Of a stretch of 64,000 nucleotides of DNA, positions 25,901 to 38,193 are shown in pieces; position 1 is the stretch's first letter, and every line of letters starts with the position of its first letter. Source of the stretch: Nageia nagi (Eukaryota > Plantae > Pinophyta); the NCBI GenBank assembly GCA_050084985.1, contig JBITNC010000001.1, forward strand, positions 29,264,001-29,328,000, written 5' to 3'. The position numbers and the translations under genes are program-made. Under the pieces are notes generated by a model. That model was given only the letters and a program-made list of their open reading frames with translations, did not search any database and was not told the origin of the DNA.

Positions 25901-27038
25901 TTCATCTTCTCCCTCCTCCTTGTTAGTCAGTGCATTAAGTTCCACATAAGAATTTATGGATTCGATATTAGTCTTTTGATTATTTTGCTTCCCTTGGGGT
26001 TGGTTTTTCTTCATAATGTATTGGTATTGTCCTAATGATTTAGTCTTTTCTTTGTTATATTATTTTGATGGTTGCTTCCACCTCTATTTATCTTGAGTCT
26101 TCTCCATTTTCCTTTCAGGGCATTCTTTTGTGTAATGTTCTAACTGCTTATAAATTACACATTTGATTGGAAGGTTTTCATATACTACTTCTTGTTCAAA
26201 AGTCTTGCCTTCTTTAGTGACAATACATATCTTTTTCCTTAATTCTTTTGATATATTCATATTTACTATAAACCAAGCTACTATCATTTTTTCCCTCATT
26301 CAAGTTGCTTTTTCAATTGATACCAATTATCCTATTCCTTTCGTAATTCTTGCAAGACACAAGGGCTTCAAAACATCATTGGTAGATTGGGAAGAGAAAC
26401 CCCTAGTGGGACTAGGTTGAAGTTCTCTTTTTTGAGTCTAAAATTCTTATGCCATTTTTGCAAGATAAGTGCCTTTTTCCCTAAGAACCAAGAGCCTAGT
26501 TCCAACACCATTTTCATATCTTCTTCACATCTGAATTTGAATAATATAAACTCATGTGGTAATGCTAATATTTTGACTAGACTTTTTATGTATCATTTTT
26601 CTATTTCCAATCTACAAATGAGGTCCATACTTGATTGAATTCCTATGAATCTCCTAGTTAGGGAATATTTTAGTCTGATTTCTTCACATTCAATCATGAT
26701 TTTTGGGATTTTGATTCTTACTTCATTATTCATAATCACTAGCTCTAATACCGTATCATTTTCTTCCAAAGTCTTAACTTGCTTTTTTAGAACAATGTTG
26801 ACCCATTCCTTAAGAGGTCTCAATGGAGGTCTATGCCTTGATTTATTCATTGCATTTTGTGGATCATCAGGTTGCAGACCATTTGATTGAGGATGCACAT
26901 TTTTGCTTCATTTCTGTCATTCCATAGCTATAGGGAAAAATAAATAACTTCAGCTATAACTTAGTTGCATATCAACTTCATTACAAATTCGCTCGAATGT
27001 GCCTAGGTTTAGCTTACACTTCTGAGGATTCTATATTA
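19915..27038 (-). mobile_element. Near full-length decayed L1-clade LINE with ORF1, ORF2 and an extra 3' coding region
   Basis: ORF1 (~26898-25600) has a DUF4283-like region and knuckle YENLPIKCVIYKQLEHYTKEC. ORF2 starts at 25584 (MKLLSWNIKG..PNIVLIQE, WIITGDFN endonuclease), with RT QGLR*GD..PYLF and HQFVDDT (~23500) and zf-RVT CIMCK..ETIDHLLAQC (~22300). Flanked by a degenerate ~42-bp direct repeat (19873-19914 / 27039-27082). Confidence 0.9.
20110..21661 (-). pseudogene. Third coding region of the LINE (PMD/Transposase_32-like helical domain plus charged tail), frameshifted
   Basis: From ATG 21661, across frameshifts: MDIIEKVSRTKMSSVEELKHDRIYWKLFKKGG/IKHFLCHYKGFDPNITEKMMRDWKGSYTMVGSVKVDISKEVIVEAHKMSLDGRLF ... 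HFTLNICYTIIFGPHIILLIHFRWGNNFKVCIPFLLVDSVK..YQGLITYMY, then K/E/R-rich sequence. The family assignment is inference and the 3' boundary is approximate. Confidence 0.6.
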
Positions 27039-27689
27039 TATTAGTGTAATTTTATCTTAACCATTGGAAAATTATATAAACACTAGAATTATGATATAAT
27101 TAGGTGGATAAGCTTTATGTGTAATACAAGCTCTCACTAAGATCGAGATAAGGAAGAGGAAGGAAGCACCTTTAAAACCCAAACTCATTTCTCCTCCTAC
27201 AAGTTTTGATCCTTAAACATGAGCTTGGCTATAAATCATTGTTTAGGATAATACAATAGTAGCTTGTAACCCAATCATATAGATCACTATTTCTCCTTGT
27301 TAGACTTAGATGCATCATCTGGAGGTGTCAGCCTGACTATGATGAACATTAATGTAGGGCTTTGATGAATGCAATTGCTAACCTTTCATATTGGTGGTGG
27401 AGGAGAAAACTTTTATTATTCACCCATACATCACAAGTGCCCACTTGAACATAAGTATTTAAAAGAAGAACATAATATGGACCATATAAAAAAAAATACG
27501 ACCACAAATTACCCTATGCCTACATTTTTTTAGGTGACCAACATGCATCGAGAAGATAAGTGCATCATGGTTGAAAATTATCTTATTGTGTTATCGAACA
27601 GGTCTCATGGGTAATGAGGTAAGTGGAACTAGTGGGTGCTTCTCTTGTGTATCCTTCCCTACACTTTCATAATTTGTGTATCCTCCCCT

Positions 27690-27890
27690 CCACTTTTACA
27701 TTTTGAGTACTAATTTATCATAACATTCCCAACTATAATATTAGATGAAAAAATTCAACTACTTTGCCATAAATTTCCATACCTCTTTCTAGAGCTCTCA
27801 ACGTAGCCTCTAACCCATATCCGTTTTAGGCATATCTAGATTATTGAAATCCATGAAACTTTGTCTATAGTATGTATGTTGTCAAATGAG
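27690..27890 (-). pseudogene. PLS-class PPR protein fragment C
   Basis: Minus strand with two frameshifts reads SFDNIHTIDKVSWISII/RYA*NGYGLEA..ALERGMEIYGKVV/SSNIIVGNVMIN*YSKC (P, L and S motif pieces). Confidence 0.7.
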
Positions 27891-29502
27891 CTATAACTTC
27901 TCTCGACACATCTTTGTCAATTCCTCTCATGCATGTTTCAATTTTTACTAATCTAATTGACTAAAATGGACGTCTAGTATTTTACATATCGTATAACCTC
28001 CTTGTGGATGCCTTTGCTTTAGTGACTCATTTGATCTACTTACCTAACCAGGGTTGATCTTTGAATCCGCCTACGATTGAAAATAGTAGAAATACCTATG
28101 AATACATATTTGCATTGGCTTCTTGGGTTTGAAATTATGGTTTTTGTTGCATGTGACCACTAGCTAAAAAGAGAGGCTATGAATTCACTGCACTTTTCAC
28201 CCCTTCTTCCTTAACTATATATTATGTCTCTAGGTCTATAACATATTAGGATTATTTTTGTTGGATGGAAAGGCCAACAAGAAGATTAAATAAATAAAAA
28301 GGCTTAATATAAAATGACAACTTAGGAAAGTAAAAAGAGAAGTTGGGTTATGCTTATTTCCTTGCAATTAAAGACACTCTTAAATCCCAAATTTCATACA
28401 AAATTAATGTTTTTTTTCCCCCTTAATTGGAATTTGCACCCATGATACTGATGTTGACCATCCTCTCTAATGTTGGAATATTTGAATACCAAATAGAAGG
28501 AGTATTTAAGTATTTGAATGCTACAACCATTAAAAGTTGATATCTCATACTCAATTTTTTGATATTCACACAAGGGCTTCTCTCGTTGAGAGTGTTGTAA
28601 TCTAAAAATTGAGAGTGAACATCTAATGTTAAGATAAGTATTTTACATAAATATGCACATTATATTAGCATAGATCTACAAGTTAAATTAGGAAAATGGT
28701 ATATCAATATTCAATGGCATTATTGTCATGTTTTACGATAAGGTCTGTATGAGAAGATAGGTTTTGTATCCCTTTCTTAACTCTGATCAGACCATATGTT
28801 ATGTCAATTCATTTTTAAATATTATAATTTTAAATATAATAATAACTAGCGTTGATATTACTCCTTATATATCAAGAAACATTGAGAGATATCATTCCCG
28901 AGACATTTATCTTGGATATAGCAAATGGTTATATAGTTGAATTCTAATTAGTTTTATTTTGTGATTTAAAATTTATTAAACATTTCATTTATATATAAAA
29001 AATATTTATTAAAATTAATATAGTTACCTTTGTATTAAAATTTTAATAAAATCAAAATAGTCGACCAAATATTTATGATCGGATAGACAACGTGACATTT
29101 TGGCTCCCCACCCCATCCCCTTGGCTGCCATTGTAGTTACGCCTCTCATTGTAACAACAACAACATCAACATGATAAATAATAAGAATAAAATTAATAAT
29201 AATAATATAGTCCTAAATGGTTTAATATAGTTTTTTTTCAGTAAACTTCATGGGGTTTTGTCAAACTTTGACGGTTGATGAGTCAATGAGAGAGCTTGCC
29301 CTTAGAAAGGGCATTGTCAGTGATGCAAGTTGCATAAGGTTTCCTATGCACTCTCAACAAAATCTTAGAGTAGATTTGGCGAAGGAGGTGTAAGTACCAT
29401 AAGATGACAGGAGAAATACTAAACAAATAGTAAAGAAGATGATGCAAAATAATTGTAAGATGTCAAGAAGAAATATTCAAAAGAAATAGAAAATACTCAT
29501 TC

Positions 29503-29632
29503 ATTCCATGAAATCATGTTTGCATCATGCATCTTGTCAAATAATTCTCGGGCCTTATGTATTCTTCCACATTTTGCATACATGTTTATCAGGGAATTAA
29601 CAACCACAACATCTGACAAAAATCCATATTTT
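29503..29632 (-). pseudogene. PLS-class PPR protein fragment B
   Basis: Minus strand reads YGFLSDVVVVNSLINMYAKCGRIHKARELFDKMHDANMISWN; DNA-level homology to 19520-19645. Confidence 0.88.
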
Positions 29633-30887
29633 AAAAATCTTTGATGTGTGTATGTTCACATCTAATACATCATTGGTTTTGGGAGGCTTGCTTGCCCAAT
29701 CTCTCAAGCAAAAGCATCAATGGATATACAAGTTAAGCCATATAATATTATATAATAAGAACCTTAATTCAACTCACCAAATAATGATCATGACAGTCTA
29801 GCTGTAACTCATTGAGAGATTTGTCAAGTGCAAGTCCAACTCTTTTTGATGTCATCTTAGTGCACATGTGAACATTCAACAACAAACTTATATCCTGCTT
29901 CTACAAGATCACAACTTCAAACACATAAAATTATGAACTAATGCAACAAAGATACAAAACAAAGCTTATATGTGATAAAGAGGTCCTTACGTTCAACGTA
30001 TGCACCCATGGAAGCATCCAAATAACTCATTGTTAAAACTCAATTTGGAGTTTCATTCGAGGTGGTAAGCCCATACCCATGCATAAGCTTACTTTGCTAT
30101 TCTCTCTACATGCACCATATTTATTATTTGCTACCAAGCTTCAATAGCAATAAGTCAAATGTTATCTAGTTTGTTTAAATCAAGGCTATCAAACTTTGTT
30201 GTCATAACATGTGTTATTCCAATCTTATACGTGTTAATATGGACTCTAATAATGAAGTAATTTACCAGTAACATAGAATTCATGATATATATATAACTAA
30301 TAGTAGTAAAGTCCACCATGTATAGAATAAAAAATAAAAAAAACTAATAGTAGTAATAATAATAATAAGTCCACCATGTATAGGGGAGTTGGAGAGAAAG
30401 GTAACTGAACCCTCTCAAGTGGATAATAAAAGATCTCATGTTCAAATCTTCCCCCCATATGGAAGTGGATATGTAACCATGGGTGTTAATCCTCCATACA
30501 AATTTATAACTCATCGAAAAAATAATAATAATATATAAATTTTTAATATAAATTATAATATTTAATAAAATTAAATTTATATATAAATAATAACTATAAA
30601 AATAAATAATAATAATAAAAAAATCATAAAAACAATAATAATAATTATAAAATAACAATAATAATAATCTTAAAAAAATAATTAAAAAAAAAAAAAAGTA
30701 GTTAATAATGATAATAATAATATTATAGTGCAAGAAGCACCTGCAATTGATAATAATAATATTTGTTTAGAAGAAAATGGTGTTATATCATAGCTAAATG
30801 CAATCAAAACCTTATGACAGCAACTTTGAGGGTTATTTAAACATTTTGGAGGCGCTGAGCGGCAGACATCATCAATTTCAATCGGAA

Positions 30888-31007
30888 ATGGCAGAATTTA
30901 AGCAGCACAGAGTTCTGATGGTGTCCGATTTCTTCTTCCCCAATTTCGGAGGCGTGGAAAGCCACATCCACTCTCTCTCTCAATGCCTCCTCCAACTTGG
31001 TCATAAG
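30888..31007 (+). CDS. PIGA: GPI-GlcNAc transferase catalytic subunit PIG-A (SETH2/GPI3), exon 1
   Basis: [40 protein letters not shown]; donor AAG|GTAATC, phase 0. Confidence 0.95.
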
Positions 31008-31508
31008 GTAATCCCTTTGATGAAATTGTGGAAAATTCTCTACATAATTTATTTCAACTTGAAGATCACTAGTCCAAGCTGCATCGGTGAAAAAAAACTA
31101 AGATTTAAACCTAAATCTTCAATAGAGGCTTAAAGGATTCAGAGGAAAAAAAAGTTGAAATTACTTTTAATATCGAACATTGAAAAATGCTGGAATATTA
31201 TAGAATTTTTTATTTATTAACAGTTATGTGATGATTGTTATGATAAGTGGTTTATTTGCATTGTAGATTACAGTTTAAAAAATTAGGTGAAGAAATTGTT
31301 TGGTGAATGTTTCTAAGAGTTTGAAGATGGTCATTTTTGGCAGAGTTTTTGATTTACTAGAACATTGGTGGAGTGGGGAAACCCTTGAGTATACAAAATT
31401 TGAAGTAAGCGATTTAAGAGTGCAAGGATCAAATGTACAATTTTGAAGTACAAAGTTAAGTTCCTCTTGCACCTAGAGTCCAAGACCATATAGATGTGCT
31501 AACTAGGC

Positions 31509-32360
31509 TGTAACTGTAATATTCTGAATTATAAAAATTAGGAGTAACCACAAACCATATCAAGAATATGCAAGAAAAGTCAAAATGAGCACAAAGAAAC
31601 CAATTTTGATATTATTATTGTCCTCAAGATGAAGTACAATGCTCAACAAGCATCCAAGAAGGCCTGTAGAGCTGGACGAATCACTACAAGCACAAGAAAA
31701 GGCCTTCAAGAGGCTCAACGTCTATTTGGAAGGTTAGATCTGAAGCTCTATGGCACTCCAAGTCTCCTCACATGCTGATGTCACACTGCTAGAGCTTTTA
31801 ACCCCTGGATCTGGACTCTGAATGATATAAATGGACTCTTCTAAGACTTGACAGCTGGTCACAGGTTCGGCAGGATCTTGATAAGGCTTCATCAAGGACA
31901 CGGCAGCTTGATGAATCTTTCAGTCTTTCTTAGGGCACAAAGGGCTTGATGAGGCTCCCTGATCCAGTAGGAAACAATGGAAAATGGTCAAGATCACAAG
32001 AAGATGAATGGATAATCAATAATAATATTCTCTCCATGCGTCCCCTTCTCTTATAGCTAAATGTCTCATCCTTAAGCTTCTTGAGATCTCTACAATCACT
32101 CCTCGGATCCTAACGATCACCTACAATGTAAGAAATACATCTAAATGCTAGTAAACACTCGTAACTACCTCAATGAAGGAAACATCCCACATTAGGGCTC
32201 ACAATTGCTCCTTGGAATTATGCACATAACTAATATAATCTCATAGATCAACTCCAAATACTCCTACGCACCTCTAGGAGAGGGATGTTTCACTCTAAGT
32301 GGTCCAGTGAGACCATTGCAATAGATAATGACTACATATCTCAAGAAGAGGGACGTCACA
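31509..32360 (-). mobile_element. Probable solo LTR (Ty3/gypsy type) in PIG-A intron 1
   Basis: TG...CA bounded ~850-bp block of distinct composition. The minus strand starts TGTGACGTCCCTC and has a TATA-like CTATAAGAG. No clean TSD. Confidence 0.45.
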
Positions 32361-34787
32361 CAAGGAAGTCCTTTTTACTGGAAAATAATTGTGAATTCCC
32401 GTGCATACGATTATAGAATTCTGGGCTAGGACATGAACTTCAAAGTGCAATGTCTCTTTCATTTCTTGATGAAACCCCATCATGTAACCTATCAAAACAT
32501 TTGGCACGAGAGTCTTTATCCCTTCTAGAAGACGAATTGGCAATCCAGGACCTGTGGCAACAGTTAAAACCAACTAGCTTTACTTTTAAAGCCTTTAAAG
32601 TGAAAAGTTGTATAGTGAAAAATGACCACAAGGTAGGATCTGAAATAAACCATTTTTTCTGTTTTGCTCCACAAGCGTTTTAATACAATGTTATGTTTGC
32701 TTTCTACTACCCTTAGGAAATTGTTGATTTCTTTATATTTATCTGTAATTGCAATGTTAAGTGTTTGTGAACAATAAGGGAATGGTTTAGTGGAAAGGAA
32801 GAGCAATTTTGGTAATGATGGCCTGGTTTCAAGTCGTAGTTGTGTAATTGATGGAATTTATAGCTTTTGCACATGGTATTGTAGATTGATAGTACATTTT
32901 TTTGTACAATCATTTCAGATGCCAGTGCTTACTAATTTAGTGAAAATGAAAATTTTCCATGGGGTAATCCCTCAAAAGAAATAATTTGGTTGAAAAAGTC
33001 TGAAATGAGTTATTTATATGTTCACGAAGCAATATAAAAGGGATATCTAACATCAAAACGAGGCATGACAGGATGGGAAATGGACATGAATTGGCATTTG
33101 TGGTAAGAAGTTTTATAACATGGTTGACATGCCAACATTGGAGCAATCAGATCAATCCATTCGATTTACCACATTGTATCATTGTTAACTATCTGGTCAC
33201 TGCCATTAAACCATCACCATAAACTTCAGAGAGCTAACTAGGGAAAGAAATTTCGCTCATGTTGTACAGGCACACCCTTGTATTATTATATTCATTTTTT
33301 GCTTAGTTAGTAACAACAAGAAACAATAACTAGCCTAATATTTGGAAAAATAATCTATAGATAGAGCAGATATTTCCGAAGTTTGATATTACTATGGACT
33401 GTCCTAGTGATTCAGAGTAGAATTCTTGGAAGTTTAGAAATCATTCACAGGGCTCATGGCATAGAATTTGGATTACAATGAGATCATCAAGGTTTCTCTA
33501 TATCTGAATTAGTAAGTGAACATAATATTATTTTGGCTAAGTTAAAACTAAGTAGAAATTGGAAGAGAGTATTTCTGTTGATCCAAATACAACTTAAATG
33601 CTACTGTGCTTGTATGAATATCATGTTATAACTAGTGTAATAAATACTATTGTGGTCCTGCCATTGACGATCAACAAGAAGCAATTGAATGACCTTATCT
33701 GACAACTCCATGTAGATATTGCTTCAGATGCAATAGCTGATATTTGGCTCTTTAAGAATTATAAGGTCAGCTTGGAATACAAACAAACCAACAATCTAAC
33801 TCATACATCCAGCCATTGCAGTAATTTAACAATAACATTAAAGAAATGCGACGAATAATAGACAATTTCAACACAAAAGATGGCATAATGCTGGAAATCT
33901 ATAAAATATGATTCTCCTCTAGATAGACAATCATCAATATGTGATACACAATTGCTCCTTTGAATGGGCAGCCAAAAGTCCAATTCATCTCGAAGCTTTG
34001 GTGTTCGCTCACAGTTAAGTGGCGCACCTTACAAGGAATATAATAAATGGCGTTACATGTCTGTGACTTAAGGTCACAACCTCGCACATAACATCCTTGC
34101 ATGATCATAAAGTCCACTAGGCAATAATATATTTCTAACAGGATCCAAATATTTCTGTAATGTTAACTAAACACAAGGCATTAGGCTAATCCTGATACTT
34201 ACTATTTGCAGTATAACCATTCTTCATTTACTTCTTTTACTACAACATATCTGATTACAAGGAAATTTAGGCATTTTTGAGAGAGATTCTCTTCACTAAG
34301 GAAATTTAGAAAGGCACTATGCTTGGAGTATAATACGAAATGCCTCAAAATTTATTATTTACTTGCTTCAGCATCTCGACCTACAGTTGCAAATGGTTTT
34401 GTTTCAGGCTGCTTTCAAGCTAAATATGTTTCTATATTTTCAATTTCCACTTTACACAATTCAGTCATTAGTTAATTCTATATGGTCAGTGTAACTAGAT
34501 GTGCTGATCATATTGACTCCCGAATGTGGAGATTATTGGCAAAAGTAATTATATATAGTCTAGACATGACATGCCAACTGTTTTGAGATGTTGAGGGCTG
34601 GTAATATTCACACCTTTTTTTTTTTTGTTATTTTGCTATAAGATTTCTTGTATCTGGGTTATAGCTGTACTGGTTTCACAGTGAATATATAATCTTGGAG
34701 GCACTTCACTGTAACAACAATGTCAGATTTATCCTTTGTTTCTTTCTCTGATGAGGATGTCGAATATGATTAGTCTTTGTGGATCAG

Positions 34788-35360
34788 GTGGTGGTGATGA
34801 CACATGCATATGGAAAACGCAGTGGTGTCCGCTATATGACAAATGGATTGAAAGTGTATTATATTCCATGGCTTCCTTTTCTGATGCAAAATAGTCTTCC
34901 AACTATTTATGGAATATTCCCAATCTTCAGAACAATTTTGATTCGAGAGCGTATTACCTTGGTCCATGGACACCAGGCCTTTTCCACTCTTTGTCATGAA
35001 GCAATTTTGCATGCAAGAACCATGGGCTACAGAGTGGTTTTTACTGATCATTCACTATATGGATTTGCTGATGTTGGCAGTATTCACATGAACAAAATCT
35101 TGCAATTTACTTTGACAGATGTGAATCAAGCAATTTGTGTTTCACATACAAGTAAGGAAAATACTGTTTTGCGGTCAGGTTTGCCTCCAGACAAGGTATT
35201 CATGATACCAAATGCAGTGGACACGGCCATGTTCAAGCCTAATCTCAGCTGCCGCTCAACTGATGAAATTGTTATTATTGTTATAAGCAGGCTGGTTTAT
35301 CGAAAAGGTGCAGATCTTCTTGTGGAGATTATTCCAGAAGTTTGCCGCCTGTATCCAAAT
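34788..35360 (+). CDS. PIGA: PIG-A exon 2
   Basis: CAG| VVVMTHAYGKRSGVRYMTNGLKVYY...FTDHSLYGFAD...ISRLVYRKGADLL..LYPN |GTAAGT; 573 nt. Confidence 0.97.
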
Positions 35361-35473
35361 GTAAGTAAACATATAGCACTGTTTTGGGAACCTTATTACG
35401 GAGTTCAAATAAGTTTTTGATCACTTAAAAAGTACTTGAAACAGTGTTATTATTTTTTGCATTTTGTGTCAAG

Positions 35474-35628
35474 GTACGGTTCATAGTTGGGGGAGATGGA
35501 CCTAAAAGAATACGATTGGAGGAAATGAGAGAGAAGCATTCTCTTCAAGATAGAGTTGAGATGTTGGGTGCTGTTCCGCATGCACAAGTGCAGTCAGTTC
35601 TTGTTCATGGTCACATATTTTTGAACAG
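35474..35628 (+). CDS. PIGA: PIG-A exon 3
   Basis: AAG| [51 protein letters not shown], then AG|GT, phase 2. Confidence 0.95.
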
Positions 35629-36253
35629 GTGTTTTTTCCTTTTAAGATTGTACCTTTCAAAATGAAATTGAGTTATGCTGTGAAGAAAGATGTTTATATA
35701 TGCTCATACAGGTTTGAATGCCTGTCCATATTAATTCGTTATGATCACATTTTTATGTAATGGCTTCTTTTTCTCATGATGCAGCATATCTTTGTGATGA
35801 ATTATTGCATACTTAAGCCTAAGATTGCCAGATAGGATAATGGAGGAGTCCTTTGCTACTAATATCCTAATGAAGAGTCCATAAATATTATCTCAGAAAG
35901 AAAGAAAGCAAAAAAGAAAGAAAGAAAGAAATAAATAAAATATATTAATGTCCATGGGTGACCAAAAGCGCTCAATGGGATTGGAGTATACATGAGAGGT
36001 GTAGTAGCAATCTGGAGCCTAAGATGGTCCCCATTGAAGCTAACAACAACTAAGAGATACAAAAGGGTCCAAATCCTAGAAGTAAGAAGCAAATACAAAA
36101 AAGGAGCACTATGTCATTGAAATTGGATAAGAAGAGTCTGCCTGGGGATGTCCTAGGGATAACATGATGATGCTCTCAGTGGTGCTGCCGAGATGGAAAT
36201 CTCCTTGATCTCTTGAACCTGAGCCCACATCAACTTTTAAGAAGGATGAAATC

Positions 36254-37880
36254 TGTTAGAATAATACATTAGTTGTTAGAATAGTTAGGTAGATTATTAA
36301 TTTAGCTTCTTAGTTTGTTATTCATGTAGCCTTCACATGGGATGTTATGTTATAACAACTTTTGTCTCTTAGTGTCTTAATTGTTGTATTTAAACAACCT
36401 TTCATAATGTAATAGCATTGCAGTCTTCATTCTGATACAATACGTTTGTAGAGGATTTCTTGTTGTGGAAGATCTAGAGAAACAAACCAAATACAAAAAT
36501 GCCAAACACAGGAAAATAGCAAACAAACACAGATCTGAAACTCTGATTATATCTTTTTAATTTTCTTTCCTAAACAACCTTATCACAAACTACAACAGAT
36601 AACAACCTGAAAAAGAGATATTCCAATTACAAGAACGCCTCAAAACACCTCCAAATGGAAGATCAGGTCTTCAAAAAGGGCCGACGTCAGGCTGATGTCT
36701 TCAGATCTGATGTAGACATTTCAGATCTGCAATTACTTCTTTCCCAAGGTGAACGTCTGGCTACTGATATGGAAATCATGATTATGAAACAAGCAAAAAC
36801 CCTCCAAAACCCTCAAAGACACCCAACCAGCCTTCCCAAAGCTGGACATCTCATTCTGGAGTGAGAGTTGGGGCACAACATGTCACCAAAATGTTGCAAA
36901 CACCTCTCCTAGGGCTGACATCACACTCTAATGATGAGACCAAGCCGAAACCTACTCAAAATGTCTTCTATCTTGACCTCAATGGCAGATCTGCACTTCA
37001 ACTTCAATTACTTTTTACAATTTAAGTACAAATCACAAATCTTGGAATGGACTTGTCAGATTCAATGGGTAGATAATAACTAACTGGTTTAGCCTCCACT
37101 GAAATTGCTTCAATGGGAACCTCAAATTTCTTTAGAGACACTACCAACAATTTCTAGGAGCCAAAGGATACTCAGTATTTTTCAACTCTCAATTTCAAAA
37201 TCACAACCACCTCCAAATGAAACCCTAAAACACTTTTATTTTCGCACCCTAATGTGAGGATAAGTCTCAGCCTTAGATTTAGCCATGGCTGGCTGAGATT
37301 AGATCTCATTCACTTAAAATCTAAGGGCTGTGATATAATCTTACATTGAGATGACTTAAATGAAGCTGAGGTCTACACAATGAAGGAAGAGACTCTTTCC
37401 ACACTTAGACAAATTTCGAAAACGTATACCAAACAAAAGCATTAAATAATGTCTTTTTTCTAACTCAAGCCTCTTCCAAATACTTAAATAACTCCCTCAA
37501 CAAATATACTAACCATATAAACACACTTATTAACCCATATAACTCCCATCTTAATAACAAAATATAACAAAACACCCTCAATGATACTTGGACACACAAA
37601 ACACCTTCAATGATACTTGGACACACAAAACACAAAAAGACAATATTTACAATGTTGAATAATTTTGGAGACATTACATCTAGAGACTGTTTGATTGCGG
37701 AGGAGAAACGCTGCCTATGTGAATCATATTCATGCCCAATGTTGGAGTCTATCTCTGTAGTACATAATTTGTGTGTTAGTCGAACTCACCCTCAACGTTT
37801 CAGTACATCTCTGCGATCACGTTGGAGTCCATCTCTGTTATCAAAAGGACATGTGCCCAGACGCACTTAAATTCTATCCA
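36254..37880. mobile_element. Nested LTR relics: outer TGTTAG-starting LTR after a purine tract, interrupted by a ~1.2-kb solo LTR (~36461-37678, minus orientation)
   Basis: TTTTAAGAAGGATGAAATC|TGTTAG at 36254. The inner block runs TGTTGTGGAA...GAGACATTACA and has a ~28-bp tandem duplication at ~37579-37634. TSDs not resolved. Confidence 0.45.
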
Positions 37881-38193
37881 AAGTTGCTGATTCACTGACT
37901 GCTAGGTCTATAAATCAATAAACGCATCCAACGCGTGTAACAGAAAGTCCTCTTTCTTTCTTTAAGACGAATGGTGTACATGAAGGAAGGTTTGCGTAGA
38001 TCTTTGTATGCCTGCTAAAAGAGAATGGTCCATTGCCATTTACTCATGAGGAGACTTGCGCAGAAGTGCTGCAGACTGTGCAAAAGAAAAAAAGCTGTTG
38101 CAGACTCGTGCATACACTTCCATGAGATCAACGTTCTGTTTCTTTGAGTTTTGGCTGAGAACGTGAGACACAGCAGGCGTGCGTTCATTCTGG

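Noticed and set aside
30344-30733. 129-aa hydrophobic ORF divergent from PIG-A
   Set aside because: Low-complexity AAT-rich DNA producing I/Y/F runs
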